From a plasmid: a stretch of DNA of 32,740 nucleotides. Each line of letters starts with the position of its first letter. Within the stretch, counting starts at the first letter, position 1. The stretch lies in the sequence record NZ_CP072582.1. One strand, given 5' to 3'. Both the position numbers and the translations under genes were made by a program. The notes under the pieces are model-generated. The model made no database searches. It saw only the letters and a program-made list of their open reading frames with translations, and had not been told where the DNA came from. Of the stretch, positions 9,238 through 17,760 are shown one piece after another.

Positions 9238-10035
9238 ATAATACTGGGGAAAATGAGAGATTAACTACAGTCTCACTTACTGGCTAGTGACAGTAAGCAG
9301 ACACACTCAACGTTTAGTACTCAGGCGATTTAGGGATCAAGTCAACAAACACTAAAAACTATTGATTGCATAGGATTTTTAAGCATCTCCTAACAACCCA
9401 ACATCTAATCTATCACTTCATTTAAGTAGGGTATTTTAGTTTCGCTGTTAAAATCAAGCCTATTTTTATCTGTGGATGTAAATCCTACTAATATCCGATT
9501 CTCCACTCCCTTAAGCCATGCAAAGAAATTCTAAACCATATTTGCACCAAAAAGAGATTAACCACTAGCGGATCGAAGAAAAACACCTTGTCTCAGCTAC
9601 GTCAAAAGATGAAATGTGAGTGACGCTAGATTCGTGCTTCAGCAATTCTAGGATCGAAGCGGTCTCGCAGCCCCTCACACAAGGCGGTTTTCCATAGGAT
9701 AGCGCGAGATTCAATCACCACTATTTGCCAAAGAGCCCAAAAAACCGCTAGCCAAAAATCGGCTACCGGTTCTAAAAATGATGTTTATCCTTTTCGAGTC
9801 TAACAACTCGTCAGGACGAACAATAATTATTTTCTTGTTAACAGACATACTGCTTCCACATGGATTGAGAGGACAGAATGAATGTCATTTGTGTATGTCC
9901 GTTCTCGGAAACATATCCACGACACTTTTTGCACTATCGGTAGACGGGAACATATCCATAGGCTTCGCTGTTTTTTGAAAAACTGAGGTATGCTGTTAAT
10001 TTTCAGTACCCAATACTGTGAATAACGTTACTCTC

Positions 10036-10593
10036 CTATTCACTAATGTAATTCAACAATCTTTCTAAAATGTCATGTGTAACTTTTAAGTTGTATTGTT
10101 CAATAAGGTGACTTTGCAAATCCATAACTAATAGCAAAGAATTTTTATAGGCTTCAAATAATTCTACCTTATCTAATCGAGCAGTGGTCTTTGCAAATTT
10201 TTTATAATTTTCAAGGCTAATTTCTTTTTCAAGGTTTTTACTCATGTTTAGCCAATTATCAGCATTTTTTTCTGCCATACGTATAAGTTGTAGTGTATTT
10301 TTTTGAAGTTGTGATAAGAGTTCTAATGAACGAGCATATTCTCCTCTTTTTAGAACGTTGATTCCCATCAACCATAGATTAGAGAAATTACACAACAAAA
10401 AATTAGCATTTTCTTCAGTAAGTCTATTTGGTCTTGCACCACTTATCTCTGATAAATAATTTTCTAATTGCCCTGTTTCATCGTAAATAAGCATAGCCTT
10501 CGTATCAGGAATATAACCTGAATCTTTAAACGAGGGGATTATGTTCATATCTTTTTCAGAAAGGAAATGAAATTCCCCACGTATAAGATTATC
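10036..10593 (-). pseudogene. lnu(B): lnu(B) lincosamide nucleotidyltransferase, 5'-truncated (last 185 of 267 codons) by IS1216
   Basis: Translation DNLIRGEFHFLSEKDMNIIPSFKDSGYIPDTKAMLIYDETGQLENYL...ERLLNYISE matches the Lnu(B) C-terminal two thirds. The ORF's N-terminus is IS1216 IR sequence. Confidence 0.85.
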
Positions 10594-11402
10594 GGTTCTG
10601 TTGCAAAGTTTTAAATCTACTATCAAATAAGGTAGAATAATAGAAAAAGATAGCAGGAGGAATGACGATGAATCATTTTAAAGGAAAGCAATTTCAGCAG
10701 GATGTGATTATTGTAGCCGTGGGCTACTATCTTCGTTATAACCTTAGCTATCGTGAAGTTCAAGAAATCTTATATGATCGTGGCATTAACGTTTCTCATA
10801 CGACGATTTATCGTTGGGTGCAAGAATATGGCAAACTACTCTATCAAATTTGGAAAAAGAAAAATAAAAAATCCTTTTATTCATGGAAAATGGATGAAAC
10901 GTACATCAAAATTAAAGGAAAATGGCATTATTTGTATCGAGCCATCGATGCAGATGGTTTAACCTTGGATATTTGGTTACGTAAAAAACGGGACACACAA
11001 GCAGCCTATGCTTTTCTTAAGCGGTTAGTGAAGCAGTTTGATGAACCGAAGGTTGTAGTCACAGATAAAGCCCCCTCTATTACAAGTGCCTTTAAGAAAC
11101 TAAAAGAATACGGCTTTTATCAAGGGACAGAACATCGTACCATTAAATACCTGAATAATTTGATTGAACAAGACCATCGTCCAGTAAAGAGACGCAATAA
11201 ATTCTATCGAAGTTTACGCACTGCCTCTACCACGATTAAAGGCATGGAAGCCATTCGAGGATTATATAAGAAAACCCGAAAAGAAGGCACTCTCTTCGGG
11301 TTTTCGGTCTGTACTGAAATCAAGGTATTATTGGGAATCCCAGCTTAAATCATAGATACCGTAAGGGATTTTATTCTTTATTTAAAACTTTGCAACAGAA
11401 CC
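10594..11402 (+). mobile_element. IS1216-type (IS6 family) insertion sequence, copy 1, 809 bp
   Basis: Terminal IRs GGTTCTGTTGCAAAGTTTTAAA at both ends. 228-aa transposase identical to the other copies. Confidence 0.95.
10662..11348 (+). CDS. tnp: IS6-family (IS1216) transposase, 228 aa
   Basis: MTMNHFKGKQFQQDVIIVAVGYYLRYNLSYREVQEIL... DDE transposase. Five copies occur in the window. Confidence 0.95.
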   Translation: MTMNHFKGKQFQQDVIIVAVGYYLRYNLSYREVQEILYDRGINVSHTTIYRWVQEYGKLLYQIWKKKNKKSFYSWKMDETYIKIKGKWHYLYRAIDADGLTLDIWLRKKRDTQAAYAFLKRLVKQFDEPKVVVTDKAPSITSAFKKLKEYGFYQGTEHRTIKYLNNLIEQDHRPVKRRNKFYRSLRTASTTIKGMEAIRGLYKKTRKEGTLFGFSVCTEIKVLLGIPA

Positions 11403-11435
11403 AAAAATGTTTATGATGGCGAAGAATTAAATAAG

Positions 11436-11817
11436 AGTTTGTCAGATATGGCTCAAGGATTTCGCCGAATGATGCAATATAAAAAAATTAATAAAAATCT
11501 TGTTGGTTTTATGCGTGCAACGGAAGTGACAATAAATAATAAAGATAATTCTTATAATCAGCACATGCATGTATTGGTATGTGTGGAACCAACTTATTTT
11601 AAGAATACAGAAAACTACGTGAATCAAAAACAATGGATTCAATTTTGGAAAAAGGCAATGAAATTAGACTATGATCCAAATGTAAAAGTTCAAATGATTC
11701 GACCGAAAAATAAATATAAATCGGATATACAATCGGCAATTGACGAAACTGCAAAATATCCTGTAAAGGATACGGATTTTATGACCGATGATGAAGAAAA
11801 GAATTTGGGTTCTGTTG
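11436..11817 (+). pseudogene. rep: Internal fragment of a Rep_1-family (pC194/pUB110-type) rolling-circle replication initiator, cut at both ends by IS1216 copies
   Basis: HUH-type motif NQHMHVLVCVEP and a downstream KYPVKDTDF region typical of Rep_1 proteins. The frame enters from copy 1 and runs into the IR of copy 2 (…GSVAKF*). Confidence 0.6.
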
Positions 11818-12626
11818 CAAAGTTTTAAATAAAGAATAAAATCCCTTACGGTATCTATGATTTAAGCTGGGATTCCCAATAATACCTTGATTTCAGTACA
11901 GACCGAAAACCCGAAGAGAGTGCCTTCTTTTCGGGTTTTCTTATATAATCCTCGAATGGCTTCCATGCCTTTAATCGTGGTAGAGGCAGTGCGTAAACTT
12001 CGATAGAATTTATTGCGTCTCTTTACTGGACGATAGTCTTGTTCAATCAAATTATTCAGGTATTTAATGGTACGATGTTCTGTCCCTTGATAAAAGCCGT
12101 ATTCTTTTAGTTTCTTAAAGACACTTGTAATAGAGGGGGCTTTATCTGTGACTACAACCTTCGGTTCATCAAACTGCTTCACTAACCGCTTAAGAAAAGC
12201 ATAGGCTGCTTGTGTGTCCCGTTTTTTACGTAACCAAATATCCAAGGTTAAACCATCTGCATCGATGGCTCGATACAAATAATGCCATTTTCCTTTAATT
12301 TTGATGTACGTTTCATCCATTTTCCATGAATAAAAGGATTTTTTATTTTTCTTTTTCCAAATTTGATAGAGTAGTTTGCCATATTCTTGCACCCAACGAT
12401 AAATCGTCGTATGAGAAACGTTAATGCCACGATCATATAAGATTTCTTGAACTTCACGATAGCTAAGGTTATAACGAAGATAGTAGCCCACGGCTACAAT
12501 AATCACATCCTGCTGAAATTGCTTTCCTTTAAAATGATTCATCGTCATTCCTCCTGCCATCTTTTTCTATTATTCTACCTTATTTGATAGTAGATTTAAA
12601 ACTTTGCAACAGAACCGTTCGTCACA
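11818..12626 (-). mobile_element. IS1216-type insertion sequence, copy 2, 809 bp, inverted relative to copy 1
   Basis: IRs at both ends. A few point differences from the other copies, including one that opens a 4-codon upstream extension (MAGGM) of the transposase ORF. Confidence 0.95.
11862..12548 (-). CDS. tnp: IS6-family (IS1216) transposase, 228 aa
   Basis: Same protein as 10662..11348 apart from 2-3 substitutions. Confidence 0.95.
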   Translation of the reverse strand: MTMNHFKGKQFQQDVIIVAVGYYLRYNLSYREVQEILYDRGINVSHTTIYRWVQEYGKLLYQIWKKKNKKSFYSWKMDETYIKIKGKWHYLYRAIDADGLTLDIWLRKKRDTQAAYAFLKRLVKQFDEPKVVVTDKAPSITSVFKKLKEYGFYQGTEHRTIKYLNNLIEQDYRPVKRRNKFYRSLRTASTTIKGMEAIRGLYKKTRKEGTLFGFSVCTEIKVLLGIPA

Positions 12627-12683
12627 TCTTCGATCAATTTCTCTTACGATTTTCTCATCCACATTTCTTATTCTTACTTCCAT
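12627..12683 (-). pseudogene. 5' end (19 codons, MEVRIRNVDEKIVREIDRRCDE...) of a small ribbon-helix-helix-like gene, truncated by IS1216 copy 2
   Basis: ATG at 12683 with a GGAGG RBS 7 nt upstream. The beta-strand plus helix pattern is typical of RHH N-termini. The ORF runs directly into the IS1216 IR. Confidence 0.4.
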
Positions 12684-12700
12684 ATTAATTCCTCCAATTT

Positions 12701-12733
12701 AAAAAGGATAGCGAAAAGGAGCCTATCCTTTTT
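12701..12733. promoter_or_regulatory. 11-bp-stem hairpin AAAAAGGATAG-N11-CTATCCTTTTT between the operator repeats and the RBS of the truncated RHH gene. It is terminator-like on both strands.
   Basis: Direct reading. It is flanked by T5/A5 runs. Confidence 0.5.
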
Positions 12734-12734
12734 G

Positions 12735-12792
12735 CTATCCTACTACCCTCCTTTTACTATCCTTCACTATCCTTTCACTATCCTATTTTTAA
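12735..12792 (-). repeat. Array of GGATAGT-type heptad/hexamer direct repeats (minus strand GGATAGTGAAA GGATAGTGAA GGATAGTAAAA GG GGGTAGT AGGATAG): putative operator for the RHH gene
   Basis: Visible as CTATCC / ACTATCC repeats on the plus strand. A 12-bp-arm perfect palindrome GGAACACTTTTT/AAAAAGTGTTCC at 12840..12866 and a 7-bp-arm palindrome AATAGGC-ACA-GCCTATT lie further upstream. Confidence 0.5.
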
Positions 12793-12974
12793 ATATTTTG
12801 TTCCCACATTTATTTTTGAGAAACGTAATAGGCACAGCCTATTGGAACACTTTTTTTAAAAAGTGTTCCCACGTTTCCTTATGCTCTTTACAAATAAAGG
12901 CTTTTAGAGACGTTCTGGAATTTTAGATTCCTTGAATTGTTCCCATTCATCAATCAATTGGCTATAAGTAGCCA

Positions 12975-13205
12975 TTAATTTTTTTCTTGCTCTTGTTGCT
13001 TTCGAATCAACAAAAAATCAGTTTGATTCGTTAATTCTAAATATTCTGTTCGGTATTCAATGTTCATCGTACCCGTTTTACTACATAGTAACTGATTATG
13101 ACGTTCTTTCACTTTGAATAACTGCTCCTTCTTTAAGGTTTTTAACTCCATGCCAACTATAAGCACAATCCTGTATAGAGGAATCATTTTCAAACGATTC
13201 TCCAT
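12975..13205 (-). CDS. Hypothetical 76-aa protein, 3 nt downstream of the 283-aa membrane protein gene
   Basis: ORF only. It appears translationally coupled to the upstream gene. No recognisable motif. Confidence 0.3.
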   Translation of the reverse strand: MENRLKMIPLYRIVLIVGMELKTLKKEQLFKVKERHNQLLCSKTGTMNIEYRTEYLELTNQTDFLLIRKQQEQEKN

Positions 13206-13207
13206 AA

Positions 13208-14059
13208 TTATTTATCTTTCATTGGAAGTTCTAAATCACTACTGTTCCAAAAAATGTATGGTTTGTTTTGACGAATATTACTTCCATCTAACCACAATTT
13301 TCCGATGCCATATCGTAGGCTTGCTTCGACTTCATAAAAATTGTAGATCTCTTTTCTTCGATCTATTGCTTTCATTTCCTGGCCATTTTTTAAAATAGAT
13401 CTGATGCCCTTAACAGTAGATTCATGGATACTCGTGTGAACGATATCCGTATTGATCAATTCGTCATATCTTCCAAAATCAACATTGTACTCATAACCAA
13501 GAAGTGTCGGAATCAGGTCAATTTCAATTTCTTTTTCAATTGAACGTTTAATAAGTTTCGTGGATACATACCCGACAAAAAAGAGAATAATACCCACTTC
13601 AAACAAATACATGTGTCCATTTACAAAGTGAATAAACGTCAATAAAAAATCCTTCACTCCTTTTGTTGTTCTTCCAGATTGTTCAATTTGTTTTATTAAA
13701 GTCGCTAGAATTGCATTTACAACAATTAAATCGAATAGGCTTTTGAAAAGTTTTCCTGCTGTTAATTTTTGCCTGGTAAATTGCATGACTAATTGAGTAA
13801 AAATAGACAATAGCATGACAAAAATCAACGTCATTAGCACTGTAAAAATGTCTGATGCTGCAATCCTATTGGGATCATTTATCAAGTAATAAGCCGTTCC
13901 AAATACTCCAATCGAGTAAACGGTTAAATCAAGAATAAGTCGTGCCCCGTAACTACAAAGTTTTCCTAATGGCCATAATTGCAATACCCAAAATTTCTTT
14001 CGTTTGCTATTTCTTTTCAGAGGAAGCCAGGTGTGTTCAATCCAGTCGTCCGATTTCAT
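13208..14059 (-). CDS. Hypothetical integral membrane protein, 283 aa: basic N-terminus, about 4 TM helices, about 110-aa cytoplasmic C-terminal domain
   Basis: Four hydrophobic stretches (LILDLTVYSIGVFGTAYYLI, IFTVLMTLIFVMLLSIFTQLVM, LFDLIVVNAILATLI, LFEVGIILFFVGYVSTKLI). No family recognised. Its upstream region is cut by IS30 at 14154. Confidence 0.55.
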   Translation of the reverse strand: MKSDDWIEHTWLPLKRNSKRKKFWVLQLWPLGKLCSYGARLILDLTVYSIGVFGTAYYLINDPNRIAASDIFTVLMTLIFVMLLSIFTQLVMQFTRQKLTAGKLFKSLFDLIVVNAILATLIKQIEQSGRTTKGVKDFLLTFIHFVNGHMYLFEVGIILFFVGYVSTKLIKRSIEKEIEIDLIPTLLGYEYNVDFGRYDELINTDIVHTSIHESTVKGIRSILKNGQEMKAIDRRKEIYNFYEVEASLRYGIGKLWLDGSNIRQNKPYIFWNSSDLELPMKDK

Positions 14060-14153
14060 TTCGATTTCTTCCCTAAATTCTTTCCTTTAACGTTTTCCTT
14101 TGCTACTTTAGCAGCGATAGGTTGCTCAATGAACCAATTTTTTAAGTACGCCG

Positions 14154-15205
14154 ATTGTAAAATTAAGCTAGACAACTAAAAAAGTCATTTGTGCTACACT
14201 CAAAATAGTTCCGTCCAAAGAATTATAAGGAGTGAGTACAAATGACCTATACCCATCTTACAACGGATGAACTTGTAATGATAGAGTCTTATTTCAAAAT
14301 AAATCAATCTGTTGCGAAAACTGCGCATTTCTTGAATCGTTCAAGACAAACGATCCATAAAGTATACCTGTTCTTCAAGCAAGGAAAATCAGCCTTAGAG
14401 TACTATCAACAGTATAAGAAAAACAAATCAAACTGTGGTAGACGCCCGCTTGTTTTACCTGAGGAACAATCAGAATATATTCAAAGAAAGGTTGTTCAAG
14501 GATGGACACCCGATGTGATTGTTGGTCGTGCAGCGTTTCCTATTCGTTGTTCTGCTCGTACCATTTATCGTATGTTCAAAAAGGGGCTATTTAATCCTTC
14601 TGACTTACCGATGAAAGGCAAGCGTAAACCAAATGGACATCAAGAAAGACGTGGAAAACAAGCTTTCCGTCGCTCTATTCATGAACGTGAAAAAGATTAT
14701 AGCCAATTCTCAAATGAGTTTGGTCACCTTGAAGGTGACACTATCGTAGGTTTGAAACATAAAAGTGCTGTAATTACCTTAGTTGAGCGATTATCAAAAG
14801 TTATCATCACATTGAAACCGTGTGGTAGACAAGCGATTGATATTGAAAACAAATTAAATCATTGGTTTGAATCTGTACCGAAAAATCTATTCAAATCCAT
14901 CACTTTTGATTGTGGAAAGGAATTTTCAAATTGGAAACAGATCAGTAATGCCAATGATATTGCCATTTATTTCGCTGATCCAGGAACGCCGTCTCAAAGA
15001 GGCCTAAACGAGAATTCTAACGGATTGTTACGTAGAGATGGTTTATTGAAATCTATGGATTTCAATTCAGTAGATGAATCTTTTATTCAATCTGTCGCAT
15101 CGAAACGAAATAATATTCCTAGAAAATCACTGAATTATCGAACACCTTTGGAAGTATTTTTGAGTTACGTAAGTATTGATGATTTGTCTAACTTAATTTG
15201 ACAAT
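14154..15205 (+). mobile_element. IS30-family insertion sequence, 1052 bp
   Basis: Terminal IRs ATTGTAAAATTAAGCTAGAC (14154..) and ATTGTCAAATTAAGTTAGAC on the reverse complement (..15205), 18 of 20 identical. A single 319-aa transposase ends inside the right IR. Confidence 0.8.
14242..15201 (+). CDS. IS30 family transposase, 319 aa
   Basis: N-terminal HTH, C-terminal DDE region (DTIVG...FDCGKEF...SYRTPLE-like), typical size. Confidence 0.85.
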   Translation: MTYTHLTTDELVMIESYFKINQSVAKTAHFLNRSRQTIHKVYLFFKQGKSALEYYQQYKKNKSNCGRRPLVLPEEQSEYIQRKVVQGWTPDVIVGRAAFPIRCSARTIYRMFKKGLFNPSDLPMKGKRKPNGHQERRGKQAFRRSIHEREKDYSQFSNEFGHLEGDTIVGLKHKSAVITLVERLSKVIITLKPCGRQAIDIENKLNHWFESVPKNLFKSITFDCGKEFSNWKQISNANDIAIYFADPGTPSQRGLNENSNGLLRRDGLLKSMDFNSVDESFIQSVASKRNNIPRKSLNYRTPLEVFLSYVSIDDLSNLI

Positions 15206-15224
15206 TAAGAGTAAATAAAAACTA

Positions 15225-15521
15225 CTACTGGATATACTTCTTCCTTTTTCTTAACTCGTTAGCTATTTTATACTCAATATACTCCTGCTCTAACACACAC
15301 AAACAATCATATACCTGATCCATAGTCTCCCCAGAAGCTAAGGACAACCCATGAAGAAACTCAATCGGCAAAGAAGCAACTGTTTTTTCCCTGGTAACCC
15401 AAGAAGACAAAGTCCCCTGCTTAAAACCATAAAGCTCACAGAACACTTCCACAGATAATCCCAAACGACCAATGATAAACACATTAACAGGATGTGAATA
15501 GACATAATTTTTTAACGACAT
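15225..15521 (-). CDS. Hypothetical 98-aa protein downstream of the replication initiator (start MSLKNYVY, GGAGGA RBS)
   Basis: ORF with a good RBS 6 nt upstream of the internal ATG. The upstream ATG of the track ORF overlaps the RBS. Confidence 0.45.
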   Translation of the reverse strand: MSLKNYVYSHPVNVFIIGRLGLSVEVFCELYGFKQGTLSSWVTREKTVASLPIEFLHGLSLASGETMDQVYDCLCVLEQEYIEYKIANELRKRKKYIQ

Positions 15522-15655
15522 ACAACTTCCTCCATGATACATAAGACTGCATACGCAGTTATAAGTATACCACCTACACGTAGCTAGGCAAAGGGAGCAA
15601 CACCTACAGAAGTATCATAGATATATTGTATAAGGCAATTTGCACCTTTTATTTT

Positions 15656-17149
15656 TCAACCTGTATCTACTTCAAAAAGATTCACTTCTTTAAGAGGGTT
15701 CAAGGGGGTTGATAATTGTCTAAATGTCTCTTCTACTAAGCTCTCGTTGAGTCCAAATACCTCTGTGATCCTTGTTGAATAATCTAGTCTCTTTTCTTTA
15801 CTTAGTTGAATAACCCTCGCGAACAACGTTTTGACTGAAGCAATGATCATTCCGCCATTTCTTCCTCGTGTTACCTTGTAGAAGACTTTATTCTCCTCTC
15901 GTAACTCATTTAAGATCTTATCAAGTGTTCGCTTGGGCATCGTTAGTTGTGAAGCCAATTCTTTTTTTGACAGGTTCAAATAAGGCTCACTAGCAAGACT
16001 TTTTTCGCTTAGATAAGCCAATAGATCTTCTTTCCATTCATTTTTATGACTATATTTTCTTTGATCTCGTGGCTTTTTAAATTTCCACCAGCCACGTCGT
16101 TGAATGAACAGATCATTATTTTTTAAGGTTGGTGAAACCCATTGCTGGCACAATTCAATAATGAATTCTCTGCTTGCTGCTTGATAATTACCAGAATAAG
16201 CACTACGTACAATCTTTACTAATTCTGCTTCAGATAGCGGTTCCTGTAACCGTTCGTTGAATGTGAACATATTGTATTCGCAAGTATCCAATGCATAACC
16301 TGAAGAGTAATAAGCTAAAGAAAGCGTGAAAATCACATTATTTCGACCAAGACGTCCTTCTCCGCCGACGATGTTTGCTTTATGAAGTAACATATCGAAC
16401 CACGGTTCATCTACTTGACGAATTTCTTTTTTCTCAGGAAAGACAATTAGTTTTCGTTCTCGATCTTCTTTTGTTTTTTGATCTGATTCAAGCTTCATCG
16501 ACCATTGAATCCAGTCAGCAAAAGAATACTGATAGTTCATTTCTTTAAAAACAATATTATTTTCTTGTGGGAATCGAGCAATTCCGAAGTGGTTACATCC
16601 TAGATCCACTCCGGACAATTTTTCAGCCAACTGTAGACGAATTGTTTTTGAAATTTTTTTTGCTACATCGATCACCTTGAAATTGCTTTTCTTTGTGACA
16701 TAGCCTGGTGTCTTTAGTACAAAATAAACTTGATAACCATGATCTGATTCTAAAATTAGCGTTGGCATGTAGCCCACTTGATCTAAACAGGCTAAAATAA
16801 TTTCGCCTTGATGGTTCTCTTTTGAATCGATATCAACTACAAATGTGTTGATTTGACTTAAGTTTTTCTCAGAATGACCTTTAACCACTGTTCGATAATC
16901 ATCCGCATAAGTACCAAAGCGATAGGTATTAGGTGTCCAATGCGTTAGTTTCTTTTCGTTCTCTAAAATAGCTTCTTCCGAAGTAATGACCATACCACGC
17001 CCAACATTCATTAATTGCTTGCTACGGTACGCAAAGATAGCACCACTCCTACTGGAATCAATATGACCTGCAGGTTTCATGGTGCTGTTTCGATATTTGT
17101 ATGTACGTAAGCCGTTTTTAAGAATAGCTGAATAAATTTCGCTCAACAT
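15656..17149 (-). CDS. repE: Inc18-family theta replication initiator (RepE/RepR/RepS type, primase C-terminal domain), 497 aa
   Basis: Conserved blocks GAIFAYRSK, TSEEAI, THWTPN, KGHSE, CNHFGIAR, DEPWF, GRNNVIFTLSLAYYSSGY, TCEYNMFTFNERL, KIVRSAYSGNYQ and C-terminal ...DTG. The 497-aa length is as in pAMbeta1 RepE. Confidence 0.9.
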   Translation of the reverse strand: MLSEIYSAILKNGLRTYKYRNSTMKPAGHIDSSRSGAIFAYRSKQLMNVGRGMVITSEEAILENEKKLTHWTPNTYRFGTYADDYRTVVKGHSEKNLSQINTFVVDIDSKENHQGEIILACLDQVGYMPTLILESDHGYQVYFVLKTPGYVTKKSNFKVIDVAKKISKTIRLQLAEKLSGVDLGCNHFGIARFPQENNIVFKEMNYQYSFADWIQWSMKLESDQKTKEDRERKLIVFPEKKEIRQVDEPWFDMLLHKANIVGGEGRLGRNNVIFTLSLAYYSSGYALDTCEYNMFTFNERLQEPLSEAELVKIVRSAYSGNYQAASREFIIELCQQWVSPTLKNNDLFIQRRGWWKFKKPRDQRKYSHKNEWKEDLLAYLSEKSLASEPYLNLSKKELASQLTMPKRTLDKILNELREENKVFYKVTRGRNGGMIIASVKTLFARVIQLSKEKRLDYSTRITEVFGLNESLVEETFRQLSTPLNPLKEVNLFEVDTG

Positions 17150-17175
17150 CGATTGTAACGTCCTTTCTCAAACAA

Positions 17176-17222
17176 AAAGAGAACACAGTTTAGCTTTAAT
17201 CTCAGCCATAGTATGTGTTCTC
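17176..17222 (-). promoter_or_regulatory. Leader attenuator hairpin (AGAGAACACA...TGTGTTCTCT followed by TTTTGTTT on the mRNA strand) immediately upstream of the repE RBS
   Basis: 10-bp stem plus U-tract on the minus strand. This matches the Inc18 transcriptional attenuation mechanism. Confidence 0.65.
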
Positions 17223-17410
17223 TCTTCAGTGTTTAAGAATATTTAATTTAAGTACACTAAATAAACGTTCTTCTGTTGAGTTGCTCGCCTTTTTTTGGTA
17301 GAATAAAGGCAATCGGAAAAGGTATCCGATCAACTTTTAATATAAGTAGTTGGTAGCTACTTACATATTCTTGAGACGAGCGTGAACACATGTCCTAACC
17401 ATGTGATTCA

Positions 17411-17458
17411 GAAATAATTGATTTTAGCAGAATCAATTATTTCCGTCTCTTTTTTTTA
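17411..17458 (+). terminator. Rho-independent terminator (13-bp perfect stem GAAATAATTGATT/AATCAATTATTTC plus T8) on the strand antisense to the repE leader: candidate end of an RNAIII-like countertranscript
   Basis: Direct reading. It sits about 260-300 nt upstream of the repE start, consistent with a roughly 330-nt leader. Confidence 0.6.
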
Positions 17459-17595
17459 TGTAATTTTTCTGTTTAAAGAGTACCACTGCTTTTGCTACTT
17501 TGTAAATAGTGAATTATCTGTGGTTTCTATAGAATTAAGTTTACCTCTTTTCACTCTAAATTGTCAACGCAAAACGCACAAATATATTTTGACAT

Positions 17596-17745
17596 TTTGA
17601 ATATATCTGATATACTGAATATAGCAAATATATTTAGTATATCCACTATATTCCTTATAAAGTCTGAATTCTTATCAATTTGGAGTATATTAGATATATC
17701 GAATATATTAAGTATATGAAGTATACTAAATATATTTAGTATAGG
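17596..17745. repeat. Upstream centromere-like array: about 12 degenerate (A/T)AGTATA(T/C) / AATATAT heptamer repeats at about 8-12 bp spacing
   Basis: Direct reading (TGATATACT, GAATATAGC, AAATATATTTAGTATAT, GAGTATATTAGATATATCGAATATATTAAGTATATGAAGTATACTAAATATATTTAGTATAGG). Confidence 0.7.
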
Positions 17746-17760
17746 AAATTGGAGGGAACT

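Noticed and set aside
9778-9978. 66-aa plus-strand ORF in the ORF-poor segment
   Set aside because: It has no RBS and a low-complexity hydrophobic translation. The region is reported instead as a possible decayed or non-coding segment.
10753-10962. 69-aa ORF (MKFKKSYMIVALTFLIRRF…) present in every IS1216 copy in an alternative frame of the transposase gene
   Set aside because: It is an internal out-of-frame ORF of tnp, repeated only because the IS is repeated. It is not an independent gene.
12549-12560. Four-codon N-terminal extension (MAGG) of the copy 2 IS1216 transposase
   Set aside because: It is created by a point difference in the 5' UTR. The conserved MTMNHFKG start with its RBS is used in all other copies.
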